DNA of 64,000 nucleotides. It comes from a virus. The first letter of the stretch is position 1, and every line of letters starts with the position of its first letter. The notes below the pieces were generated by a model, which searched no databases, was not told where the DNA came from, and was given only the letters and a program-made list of their open reading frames with translations. A program made the position numbers and the translations under genes. The stretch covers positions 19,755 through 83,754 of IMG/VR virus record IMGVR_UViG_3300042482_001698; one strand, 5' to 3'. Below, piece after piece: positions 19,108-28,030 of the stretch.

Positions 19108-19240
19108 TACAGGTCATTCACGGCGAGATTTGGGGTGAAGCCTTCCTGCAAGAACTGCTCGCAGGGAGCAAAACTTAGGTTTGTAGCCCTTGAAAGAGGG
19201 CGATTTTGGAGTCCCATGATTTTCATGGGTTTTAGAAAGC

Positions 19241-20419
19241 ATGATGTTTTCCACTATTTTAACTTTGGCTGCATCTTTTTTAGGAATATGGGCTTTCTGT
19301 AAGTATGTTGTTTTCATTGAAATGAGAGTAGACGGTAACACGTTCAAGACTCTTTATGATTATTTTAAGGATGAAAATAAATTTGTTTTGTATGAGGAAT
19401 TTACTTCAGAAGCACAATATCCTGTTTTCTATTCTGTTTTCTGTTTGCCCAAGTCAGTTCCATTTTTTTTCTTGACTCGTAATGAGCGTCTATTTCAAGC
19501 AGGTTGGCAGAGCAAAGACTATTTAACGGTGATCACTTGTTTAAGGTGGGATTATAATAGATTCAAGAATTTTTTAAATGTTGGTTTGAAAGATGCCAGC
19601 TTCAAAATAAGTGGTGTTCCAATTCGATTGTTGTTGCCTTTTGGAACTGATAAGATTGGTTCTCTGAAAATAAGAATGAATGAACCAATGATAGATCCTG
19701 TTTTATGGCGGGACTTCGACAATGAAGTTGGTGAAATGCTTGCTGGCAAGAGGATGAAGACAAGCGCACTTCTTCATGGTTTGCCGGGAACTGGTAAAAC
19801 ATCTTTAGTCAAATATTTGTCAACGAAATATGATTTGCCAATTATGATTTTTACTTTGAATCCAGAGTGGAACAACCATGACCTTTTGTTTATGTTTTCA
19901 AACATTCCATCAAAATGCATAGTTCTTATGGAAGATTTTGATAATTATTTTAATAAAAGACAATGCACTATGGGTAATGACAGGAATTATATTAAATTTA
20001 CTTTTGATATAATTCTTAATGGTTTAGATGGCGTTTATAACACTTATGATAAAGTCGTTTTCATTATGACTGTTAATGATATCGATAAGGTTGATGATGC
20101 TTTGAAGAATAGACCGAGTCGTTTCAAATTCGTCAAGCATTTTGACAATCCATCTTTTGAGGCTAGGGACAGGATATTGGGAAGAGATTGGGCTGATTTG
20201 ACAGCAGGAATGAATTTGGATCAAATCTATCGGATTAAGGAATACCAAGATCAAGGACTGACTTTCAAAGAAGTTATGCTGAAATTAGGAAAAAATATTG
20301 ATTGTACGCAAATCAATAGAATTGCTGAAAACATTTATCGGCGTAGAATGGCGTTTAATTTGCCCGGAAACGACAGAGAAGATTGGTTTGCTGCCGAGAA
20401 TATAATCACATCAAAGTAA
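19241..20419 (+). CDS. BCS1-like AAA+ ATPase with N-terminal TM helix and C-terminal DUF2934-like helix
   Basis: GLPGTGKT, VLMEDFD, LNGLDG, RPSRF; tail RIAENIYRRR...PGNDREDWFAAE. Confidence 0.8.
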   Translation: MMFSTILTLAASFLGIWAFCKYVVFIEMRVDGNTFKTLYDYFKDENKFVLYEEFTSEAQYPVFYSVFCLPKSVPFFFLTRNERLFQAGWQSKDYLTVITCLRWDYNRFKNFLNVGLKDASFKISGVPIRLLLPFGTDKIGSLKIRMNEPMIDPVLWRDFDNEVGEMLAGKRMKTSALLHGLPGTGKTSLVKYLSTKYDLPIMIFTLNPEWNNHDLLFMFSNIPSKCIVLMEDFDNYFNKRQCTMGNDRNYIKFTFDIILNGLDGVYNTYDKVVFIMTVNDIDKVDDALKNRPSRFKFVKHFDNPSFEARDRILGRDWADLTAGMNLDQIYRIKEYQDQGLTFKEVMLKLGKNIDCTQINRIAENIYRRRMAFNLPGNDREDWFAAENIITSK

Positions 20420-21353
20420 AATCTACATATTCTATTTCCATTATTTCTCTTGGAAATTTCTTACCGTTTGCTAAATCTTGATCATCACTTTTTTGCCATT
20501 TTTCTTTAATGCGGCGAAGAATTCTTGGGTTATGTGCGAAGAATAATTCCACATCATGTTTGATGATATTTTCACGCATGATTGTTAGGCCAACGCTTTG
20601 AAACATTTTTTTATAACTTTTTATTGGATTTAGAAATGCTTGTGTTTTCAATGATTTTATTCCCATTTCGTATAATTCATTTTCTGTAAAAACGAGATGT
20701 ATAAATGCTTTGTTTAGTGTTGTGTGAGTGTGGCATCCATGTCTGCTCGTCCATGGATGGCAGCGGATGAATATTCGACCAGCCTCTGATTTTATTTCAT
20801 TTATTTTTTTGAGTGAATTTTCAAAATCTTGTGCATGATCTAAAACATCATTTATCACAATCACGTCATATGGACCATTTTCTATAATTTCTGACCATTT
20901 GGTTGTATAGATTAGATTGGGGTCTTTTTTAAAATTGGTCCATTTTTTTTCTTCAATATCATATCCAACAACTTTTTTAGTTCCGAATAGATTATTAGCA
21001 ACATAACAGAGATGGCCTTCTCCGCAGCCAAAATCTAAAACTTTTTTATCTGTTATGTCAGTTGTGACTAATGAGTTTAATATTGCTGCTGCCTTGTGTA
21101 ATTTTTCTTCATCATTGTCTCCAACAATTTCTGATTCATCAATTGCTTCGGGCCATGCGCCAGTTTTTGATAAAATTCTCAGTTCTGTTAATTCTCGAAG
21201 TTTTTCATCATTCGATTCTGGTTCGGCGATCAAAGCATTTTCTTGTTCAAGAAATCGATTCATAAAAACCAACATATTTTCAAGTGTGCTTATGAATTGC
21301 TTAACATTTTTTATTTCCATTGATACCTTTTGATTTGTTGGATTATTTTTCAT
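20406..21353 (-). CDS. class I SAM-dependent methyltransferase
   Basis: VLDFGCGEG, GYDI, YDVIVINDVLDH. Confidence 0.85.
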   Translation of the reverse strand: MKNNPTNQKVSMEIKNVKQFISTLENMLVFMNRFLEQENALIAEPESNDEKLRELTELRILSKTGAWPEAIDESEIVGDNDEEKLHKAAAILNSLVTTDITDKKVLDFGCGEGHLCYVANNLFGTKKVVGYDIEEKKWTNFKKDPNLIYTTKWSEIIENGPYDVIVINDVLDHAQDFENSLKKINEIKSEAGRIFIRCHPWTSRHGCHTHTTLNKAFIHLVFTENELYEMGIKSLKTQAFLNPIKSYKKMFQSVGLTIMRENIIKHDVELFFAHNPRILRRIKEKWQKSDDQDLANGKKFPREIMEIEYVDFTLM

Positions 21354-21415
21354 GATTTACACTCATATAGAAGTGATATAATTAATTTTATATAATATTT
21401 TATAATTGGCAAATC

Positions 21416-21682
21416 ATGAAAAAAATTGAATTAATGAAAATTTATAGTGAAGATTTTCAAAAAGAAGTCACAATGGTTTCTGTTGATGGAGAGGTTTTTG
21501 ATTGGGGTATAGACCCTAATGCATTAGTTCAAGCGAAAGCAACTATTTCTAATCATAATGAATTATCTGAGTCTATAGTTTTATCTATGATAGATCATTT
21601 TCTTGAATGTTTTTCAGAATTTATTGGAAGAGATATAAATCTTGAAGAATTCAATAATGCTGTGAGAGAGGGAAAATTATAA
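21416..21682 (+). CDS. hypothetical protein
   Basis: 88 aa; TAATG coupling to the next gene. Confidence 0.65.
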   Translation: MKKIELMKIYSEDFQKEVTMVSVDGEVFDWGIDPNALVQAKATISNHNELSESIVLSMIDHFLECFSEFIGRDINLEEFNNAVREGKL

Positions 21683-22215
21683 TGATTATTTTTGAAGAAA
21701 ATGACGATAGATTTTACATCAAGGAATCAACCATAAAGACGGCGGGGAAAGGTCTTTTTGCTAAAAGAAAAATTGAAAAAGATGAATATTTGCCAATTAG
21801 TGGCATTATGGTCAAAAGAAATTCTATTGCTGATGAATGCACATATTTTTTCAATTCATATAAATTCGCAGCTAATATGAAGAAAAAAGGTGATTTGGTT
21901 GATATTGGAGAATATGTTATTGTTCCTCTTGGCTATGCTGGAATTGTCAATCATATTGACAGTTTAACATTACAAGGTGTTGAAATTCGTTATTGTGGTG
22001 ATCAATATCCGCAGAAAACTCCACATGCTGGCAAAGCTGTTTATTGGTTTTTACGAGACATTGAAAAGGATGAGGAAATATTTGGTAATTATGGACAAGG
22101 ATGGAATAATGTTTTAGATTGGGTTAATGAAGTTCACAATAAAACTGGCTATGCTAAAAAGTCTTGGCAAGAATTTTTAGATTTTGATTTGTACAATATG
22201 AAAGAATTAATTTAG
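21682..22215 (+). CDS. SET-domain protein (putative lysine methyltransferase)
   Basis: IKESTI..AGKGLFAKRKI, VNH, LRDIEKDEEI..NYG. Confidence 0.85.
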   Translation: MIIFEENDDRFYIKESTIKTAGKGLFAKRKIEKDEYLPISGIMVKRNSIADECTYFFNSYKFAANMKKKGDLVDIGEYVIVPLGYAGIVNHIDSLTLQGVEIRYCGDQYPQKTPHAGKAVYWFLRDIEKDEEIFGNYGQGWNNVLDWVNEVHNKTGYAKKSWQEFLDFDLYNMKELI

Positions 22216-22230
22216 CTTAAGGCAAAATTT

Positions 22231-22752
22231 ATGGAAACATTTGATTTTGGGAAAACAAAGCTTATTGCTTTGGTTTTTGATTTATCTATAGCTCATGATA
22301 AAAAAGGGCGAAGAATTATCGATGGAATCAAAAGTCAAATTGTTAAAAAAATATCAAAAAGCAATGAAGAGGTTTTATTTTTTTTGAATAAAATACCAAA
22401 ACATTGTGGGGAAAGTGTTCAAGAAGTTGCTTCATATCAAGATCCAATTGATTTTAATATTGGTGAAACTGTTAAGAAAATAACTAAAATTATTGGAGAA
22501 ACATCTGAAGATAAAGAAAAGTATGTTTTATTTATTACTGATCGATTTAAGGATAAATTCAAAGGTCACTACAAGTCAATTTTTAATTTGAAGAAATATA
22601 AAAATTATGATTTTACCATTTCATTTGTCGGTTTTGGTAAAAACTATGACCGTTCAATTTTAGAATCATTAGTATTAGAATGTGAAGGAAATTTTCAACA
22701 TATTGATTTAGCAGAAGATTTGTCTTTTATTTTTGAAAAGATGGGAGTTTAA
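22231..22752 (+). CDS. VWA-like domain protein
   Basis: LVFDLS, VLFITD, ISFVGFG, EGNFQHI pattern. Confidence 0.55.
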   Translation: METFDFGKTKLIALVFDLSIAHDKKGRRIIDGIKSQIVKKISKSNEEVLFFLNKIPKHCGESVQEVASYQDPIDFNIGETVKKITKIIGETSEDKEKYVLFITDRFKDKFKGHYKSIFNLKKYKNYDFTISFVGFGKNYDRSILESLVLECEGNFQHIDLAEDLSFIFEKMGV

Positions 22753-23538
22753 GTGGTAGATAAAATTTTTGTTGGTAAGCCGATTGAAAATAAACCGTTT
22801 TACATGTCGCCAGTTGAAATAATTATTCCTTTTCACAATGAGCAATCAAAAGTAATTGACCTTATTAATGATATATTTATTACTGTGCAAAAGAACATGT
22901 ATGTTATTACGCTTGTTGATGATGGTTCGGATAATAAGAATTTTTTAAAACAATTGCGAGAAAAAAAGGTTGAGGGTCTTCGTTTTTTGAGTCATGATAA
23001 ATGCAAGGGTTTTGGAGCATCTGTAAATACTGCTTTGAGAAATCCTCACAATAAAAACATTCCCTTTGTTGTTATTATGCATTCTGACGTTAGAGTCAAA
23101 GATAACAACTGGTTGTTTAATCTTGGCCAAACACTTGTTTCAATGAAAAATAACGGCGTGAAAATGATTTCATCTTTGACAGATAATCCTATGGCTGATG
23201 TCGCAGCGTTATGTGGCGAAAAAGGTGTTGTGAAAAATGATGTTGTTTTGTCAAATGGTTATTTGCCTATGTATTGTGTTATTGCAAATAGAGAATTATT
23301 TAACAGAATCGGTTTTCTAAAAGAATTTCCATATGCTGGAACAGAAGCAGAAGAATTTGCCTACAGAATGCGATCCAAGGGGTTTAAACAAGGAGTTTGC
23401 GGCAGTAGTTGGGTTCATCACATTGGCGGCGCAACATTGAAACAATATGAAAATGATAAGAAAGTTAACAAAATATTGCGAAATACATATGAAGAGTATT
23501 TGCTGACACACAAAAACACAAACGATAATAATATATAA
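22753..23538 (+). CDS. glycosyltransferase family 2
   Basis: IIIPFHN, LVDDGS, GFGASVN, HSD, VHHIGG. Confidence 0.85.
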   Translation: MVDKIFVGKPIENKPFYMSPVEIIIPFHNEQSKVIDLINDIFITVQKNMYVITLVDDGSDNKNFLKQLREKKVEGLRFLSHDKCKGFGASVNTALRNPHNKNIPFVVIMHSDVRVKDNNWLFNLGQTLVSMKNNGVKMISSLTDNPMADVAALCGEKGVVKNDVVLSNGYLPMYCVIANRELFNRIGFLKEFPYAGTEAEEFAYRMRSKGFKQGVCGSSWVHHIGGATLKQYENDKKVNKILRNTYEEYLLTHKNTNDNNI

Positions 23539-23561
23539 TGTATCTTACATAGGAGGTTTTC

Positions 23562-23717
23562 ATGCGTTGCAAAAAAGAAGACAACACTTATACCACTACG
23601 ACTTGGAAATACTACACTGCTCAGTGTACTAGAAATCAACAGGCTCTTGGCATTTGTTCAGGAGTTTCTGGCGCATGGGTTGCAGCGACCGTCGTCTGTA
23701 GCTTAAGGCTTTTTTGA
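23562..23717 (+). CDS. 51-aa Cys-containing peptide (absent from the ORF track)
   Basis: AGGAGG RBS; MRCKKEDNTYTTTTWKYYTAQCTRNQQALGICSGVSGAWVAATVVCSLRLF; followed by a terminator. Confidence 0.6.
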   Translation: MRCKKEDNTYTTTTWKYYTAQCTRNQQALGICSGVSGAWVAATVVCSLRLF

Positions 23718-23743
23718 TTGATTTTAAAATAATTTTTTAAACG

Positions 23744-23774
23744 ATGACTGGCTTTATGCCAGTCATTTTTTTTT
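23744..23774 (+). terminator. intrinsic terminator
   Basis: ATGACTGGC/GCCAGTCAT stem plus T run. Confidence 0.7.
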
Positions 23775-23777
23775 GTC

Positions 23778-23806
23778 TTGACAATTAATTTAAATATTTG
23801 TAATAT
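23778..23806 (+). promoter_or_regulatory. sigma70-type promoter
   Basis: TTGACA-17 nt-TAATAT. Confidence 0.6.
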
Positions 23807-23831
23807 AAAAAAATCAACACGGAGAAGACTT

Positions 23832-24470
23832 GTGATTGACCTGATTAAGAAAATTTTTGCCGATCTAAATCAATTTTGTTTTTCAAATAAAATTATAATG
23901 CCTGAATTTCAATTGGACGTTGTGAGAAAATTTAATTTTCGTTGGATTAGTGATGATGAAGTTTTATGTATTGGTTCAGCGTCAATTGACATGAATAAGC
24001 GTGAAATTTGTGTGGCTATGTTGCACGAAATGATTCACATGTATAATTATTCACTTCGCATTCAAGATGTTAACGAAAATCAATATCATAACAAAAAATT
24101 TATGAATATGGCTATAAATTTGGGATTGGGAATATTTAAAGATAAAAACCAAGGATGGTCAATTACTACGCTCGATCAATCTAATGATAAAGATGTTAAG
24201 ATTGATACTGCCAAGAATAAAGAACTTATTAATTATATAGAAAAGATTAATATTGATACACACAAATTGTCTCTTGATTATAATGCTATGCGTGAATCAA
24301 TTGCTTCCTTGAAGCCTTCAAAGGTTTTCTTTTTAAAGTACGAATGTCGTTGTCCCGCTCCTTTCAACAGTATTCGTTCTGGGAGAAGGCCAGACGGTAA
24401 TAATGCTCCAGAGATTACATGTGAGCGATGCAAAAGTAAATTTACTTGTGTTTCCCCGCTTGATGATTAG
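23832..24470 (+). CDS. SprT-like zinc metalloprotease
   Basis: HEMIH, YHNKKF, C-terminal C.C...C..C; GTG start after GGAG. Confidence 0.8.
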   Translation: MIDLIKKIFADLNQFCFSNKIIMPEFQLDVVRKFNFRWISDDEVLCIGSASIDMNKREICVAMLHEMIHMYNYSLRIQDVNENQYHNKKFMNMAINLGLGIFKDKNQGWSITTLDQSNDKDVKIDTAKNKELINYIEKINIDTHKLSLDYNAMRESIASLKPSKVFFLKYECRCPAPFNSIRSGRRPDGNNAPEITCERCKSKFTCVSPLDD

Positions 24471-24849
24471 CATGAGGCAATTCCAATTCTGCTTCTGGAT
24501 CGATTCTTTTGATTATTTTCTGAAAAACTAAATATAGCAATATTGTGATGATTGTGAATTCAAGAAATGAATTGAGAATTTTTCCTATTTCTATTTCCAT
24601 GCCTTCCAAAGGAATAAAAATTAAGCTGCGCCAATTGCCATTCGTAGCAGATAGCGTGTAATTGATAATAGGCATAAGTAATGATTCTGTGATACAAGAT
24701 GCAAACTTTTGTGTTTGAGTAGCAAGTATTAGTGCTAAAGCCATTACAAAAAAGTTCTTCTTGTAAGCAAATTTCTTATAATCTTTAAATTCTTGTTGGA
24801 TTTGTTCGCTTTTTATAAAATTTTTCTGATCCAATTCACATTCTTTCAT
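24442..24849 (-). CDS. MscL-like mechanosensitive channel (divergent)
   Basis: EFK..KKF..K.N...MALALIL...LLMPII...IEIGKILNSFLEFTII pattern. Confidence 0.7.
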   Translation of the reverse strand: MKECELDQKNFIKSEQIQQEFKDYKKFAYKKNFFVMALALILATQTQKFASCITESLLMPIINYTLSATNGNWRSLIFIPLEGMEIEIGKILNSFLEFTIITILLYLVFQKIIKRIDPEAELELPHANHQAGKHK

Positions 24850-25205
24850 GGAATATCCTTAAAATTTTATCTATTTTTATTTTGCGAAATATTGGCAAAT
24901 GGTTGTCTTGACTAATTAAATTAGTCGCCATTAAAAAATTTTAAAATTTTCTCAAACCAAATCACATATAGTGTCTAGAAGAAAATGATCGACCAATCTG
25001 AGGAGGTAAGACATATGTTTGTATATGGGTTTATATCAAAAGTTTCCCAAAATATTATTTCTTTGGACGATTTTTTTTGTCGTTTGGGACTAGCTTTGAG
25101 GAAGTTTTGAGTATACAACAAACACATGGTTTTTCGCCAAGGTGTTCGGGCAATCTTCTTGAATGTTTTGGCAAAGCCACTATGAAGCCATTGACGGGAC
25201 TCATA

Positions 25206-25254
25206 GGAAAGAAATCCGTCTTCCGTTGACGGACGGACGGACGCATAGACGGAT
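25206..25254 (+). repeat. dispersed intergenic element, copy E, with GGAC iterations
   Basis: GGAAAGAAATCCGTCT-TCCGTTGAC-GGACGGACGGACGCAT-AGACGGAT. Confidence 0.7.
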
Positions 25255-25290
25255 CGTTATGGTTTGTTTCCTTTACAGCGAGGTTTTATC

Positions 25291-26520
25291 ATGTCGAAGA
25301 TCAAGGAAGATTTATCTGTGAGCAATTTACCTTTGCCAGAAGGTAGTCAGCATCTGACTGGGAATCTTTTCATGGTTCCGTTTTCCAGTATTAGGGCACC
25401 AGAAGGGAACCCTAGACTTTTGACAGAGAGTGGTCTTGCCAACATCATTGATAAGCAGTTGGCGAATGAGCTTCGAGAAAGCATTAAGAATAATACACTG
25501 CTCAATCCTTTGGTTTGTCGTTGGACTAAAGACGAAAACGGTAATTTGTTTCCGATTGTCGAAGGCGGTGATCGTCGATATCGTTCGTTAGATTATTTGA
25601 TCCGTCGCAAGGAAATTGTTGTTGATCCTCGCAACATCAAGGTGGATGAAAATGGACAATGGCATCGAAGTATGGTCCCAGCCAACGAAGCTTACGAGTT
25701 TGTTCCGTGTCAAGTATTTTTCTGCAACAACGATTTAGAGGCTTTGGCACTAGCTTGGGCAGATAATAAAAATCGTGTAAATTTGACGGAAGGACATGAG
25801 ATTGCTGAAGTTATTAAGCTTCGTGATGTAGGCGCTAAAGATGCTGATATTATGAACATTCTTCAGCGAGATCAGAAATGGTTGGCCGATACTGATCGGT
25901 TAATCGGCTCTCTTGATCACAGTAGTTTGGCCGATCTCATCGAGGGTAGGCTTGATCGAAATGCAGCGATTGAACTTGCAGCAATCAATGATATAGAGAT
26001 TAGGGACAAGGTAAGAATTGCTGCCAATGAATCCTCGACAGAGACATGGGGTCGTAAGATTTATCGTTTGCAGCGGAGAATCACCCAAGTTGTTGAGGAG
26101 AACGAAAAGGCAAAGGGTGATCTTGTTTTTTCTGAAACATCTGAAGAAAAGCAAGAGGCACAAGAGCGGATTGATCAGACAGAAGCGCAAAGTCGGGCCA
26201 TTGCTCGACAACGAGATGAAACTAGGCCTGTCACGACTTCGAGAGCGGTTATTGATGCCAGTAATCAAATTGCTGGCACAAGACCTCGCCCTGTAGGAAA
26301 ACGAGGCCCTAAGGGTGGTCCTCGTCGCATGAGAGAAATCAAGATTAAAGAGGGTCGTGATCTTTTTGTTGAGCTTTTGAAAAACAATGGCGAAGCACCT
26401 GATGGTTCTTTTACAGCCAGTGTTGAATCACTCAAATTGTTAATCAAGGTCATAAACGACAATATTTTAAACAATAATCCTGATTGGGCTGCAACAATTA
26501 GAAAGCATTATTCTGCTTAA
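25291..26520 (+). CDS. ParB/Srx N-terminal domain protein with HTH and coiled coil
   Basis: NPR, L.ESIK...LLNPL, GGDRRYRS (GxRR), DN..R.NL; GAGG RBS. Confidence 0.75.
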   Translation: MSKIKEDLSVSNLPLPEGSQHLTGNLFMVPFSSIRAPEGNPRLLTESGLANIIDKQLANELRESIKNNTLLNPLVCRWTKDENGNLFPIVEGGDRRYRSLDYLIRRKEIVVDPRNIKVDENGQWHRSMVPANEAYEFVPCQVFFCNNDLEALALAWADNKNRVNLTEGHEIAEVIKLRDVGAKDADIMNILQRDQKWLADTDRLIGSLDHSSLADLIEGRLDRNAAIELAAINDIEIRDKVRIAANESSTETWGRKIYRLQRRITQVVEENEKAKGDLVFSETSEEKQEAQERIDQTEAQSRAIARQRDETRPVTTSRAVIDASNQIAGTRPRPVGKRGPKGGPRRMREIKIKEGRDLFVELLKNNGEAPDGSFTASVESLKLLIKVINDNILNNNPDWAATIRKHYSA

Positions 26521-26536
26521 AACATAGCTTTTAACA

Positions 26537-26580
26537 AAAACAACACTGCTTTTTTTAAAAAGCAGTGTTGTTTTATTTTT
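26537..26580 (+). terminator. intrinsic terminator
   Basis: AACAACACTGCT/AGCAGTGTTGTT stem. Confidence 0.7.
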
Positions 26581-26599
26581 TTATTGCATAAATATATCA

Positions 26600-26908
26600 A
26601 TGATTATCGCTTGTCCACATTGTGGTCATGATTTACACGAAAAGCTTAATGACGGTTTATCTAACTGTGATAAATGTCATCAATTTTTTGATTCTAGCGA
26701 TTTAAATCAACTTCTTTCGGCAGGATGGCTAATACGAAAGCATCACTATAATCTTGAGCAATTGAAATGGCACACTAAAATAGAAGATGATATGGCAATA
26801 TTAGTTTTTGCATATGTATTAGACAATGACTACTCTCATCAAGAATTTTTTACAATCTTGACAAAACTAGGTGTCGCAAACAAATGTTACATTAATTACG
26901 AAAAATAA
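26600..26908 (+). CDS. zinc-ribbon protein
   Basis: CPHC...CDKC; TAAATA 5 nt upstream of the ATG. Confidence 0.7.
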   Translation: MIIACPHCGHDLHEKLNDGLSNCDKCHQFFDSSDLNQLLSAGWLIRKHHYNLEQLKWHTKIEDDMAILVFAYVLDNDYSHQEFFTILTKLGVANKCYINYEK

Positions 26909-27154
26909 TCAATTTGATTGATCATCATCATCAGATGTAATTGCTGAAATTTGGCCAGTTGGCGCACGAGAATCAATCTCTACGACATTTGTTTCCAGTT
27001 CAGAACGAAGTACAGTTACCTCTTTCTGAGCCTGAATACCCAATCTGACTTTGTTCCTGTTGTCAATTCTTACAACCGTGATCCTTATGTCTTCTTTTAG
27101 ACCCGGAACTTTTAGGATGATTTCTTCGTCCTTCTTTCGACTTAGCACTAGCAT
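26909..27154 (-). CDS. csrA: carbon storage regulator CsrA
   Basis: MLVLSRKKDEEI...IRITVVRI...KVRLGIQA...V.R.EL; AAAGGA RBS. Confidence 0.9.
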   Translation of the reverse strand: MLVLSRKKDEEIILKVPGLKEDIRITVVRIDNRNKVRLGIQAQKEVTVLRSELETNVVEIDSRAPTGQISAITSDDDDQSN

Positions 27155-27335
27155 TTTACGTCCTTTCGTTGCTTTCCATGTGTTGTCGTAGACCATATTA
27201 ATTGAGTCGATCTTTTGAAATTTTTTGTTCTTTTTAAAATATTTCCCAAAATAGGGCTTTACAACCAAAAAGGATTTATATATTAATTACTTACTGGCAT
27301 TAAAAATTAACAACGCCAGCTTTAACAGGAGCAGA

Positions 27336-27818
27336 GTGATGAAGATTAATGTATGGTCTGTTGAACTGAATAACCTTCGAGCCGAACATTCCAAGATTTC
27401 CAAGAAGATTTCGTTGCTGGAAGATCTTATTGAATTAGAAAACGAACATGCATTTGATGCTCCCACATCAAATGAAAATCAATCGACTTCACATAGGCAT
27501 GAAAATAATCCTCGAATTGTTGCAAATAATGATGGTAGCGAACCTCGTCGTCGTGGTCGTCCTCGCAAAAATCCATCGGATGAAGTTGCCGTGAAATCAC
27601 TCAAGCTTCCAAATTTGCTTGAAACAATTGGTCAACAACATGGCAAATCGATGAGGTATGATGATTTGGCCATATTGGTAAAATCTTCTGGCTATAAGAC
27701 CAATAGTAAAGATTTTAACAACATGGTTTATCAGTGCCTCCAAAAGTTGTGCAAGAAGGGTGTGTTCGTCAGGAATCCAGAAACTCAAGAGTATCATTAC
27801 GCTGGTAATAATGATTGA
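27336..27818 (+). CDS. putative DNA-binding protein (coiled coil, AT-hook, winged helix)
   Basis: RRRGRPRK; C-terminal VYQCLQKLCKKGVF. Confidence 0.6.
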   Translation: MMKINVWSVELNNLRAEHSKISKKISLLEDLIELENEHAFDAPTSNENQSTSHRHENNPRIVANNDGSEPRRRGRPRKNPSDEVAVKSLKLPNLLETIGQQHGKSMRYDDLAILVKSSGYKTNSKDFNNMVYQCLQKLCKKGVFVRNPETQEYHYAGNND

Positions 27819-27832
27819 TGTCGATTTAATTT

Positions 27833-27872
27833 TTTACCAACAACCCTTTCTTAACAAAGGGTTGTTGGTAAA
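27833..27872. terminator. 17-bp inverted repeat, probable terminator
   Basis: TTTACCAACAACCCTTT/AAAGGGTTGTTGGTAAA. Confidence 0.7.
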
Positions 27873-28030
27873 TATTTTTACAGTTATCGATAGATATATG
27901 ACACACATTTTTTTCGACAGTTGTATTTTTTAATATTCATTTCGAGAATAAATTTTGGAAATTATTTTATAAAAGCTGTTTTTTAATGTAAACTAGAGTT
28001 AGACGAGTCATCCACATCAAGGAGATTGTC

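Noticed and set aside
19108-19240. Novel ncRNA made of several hairpins
   Set aside because: The first part is better explained as a truncated methylase start. The remaining hairpins are short and lack independent support.
18304-19347. Long antisense ORFs opposite the methylase
   Set aside because: Expected shadows of a GC-richer gene, with no RBS or motifs.
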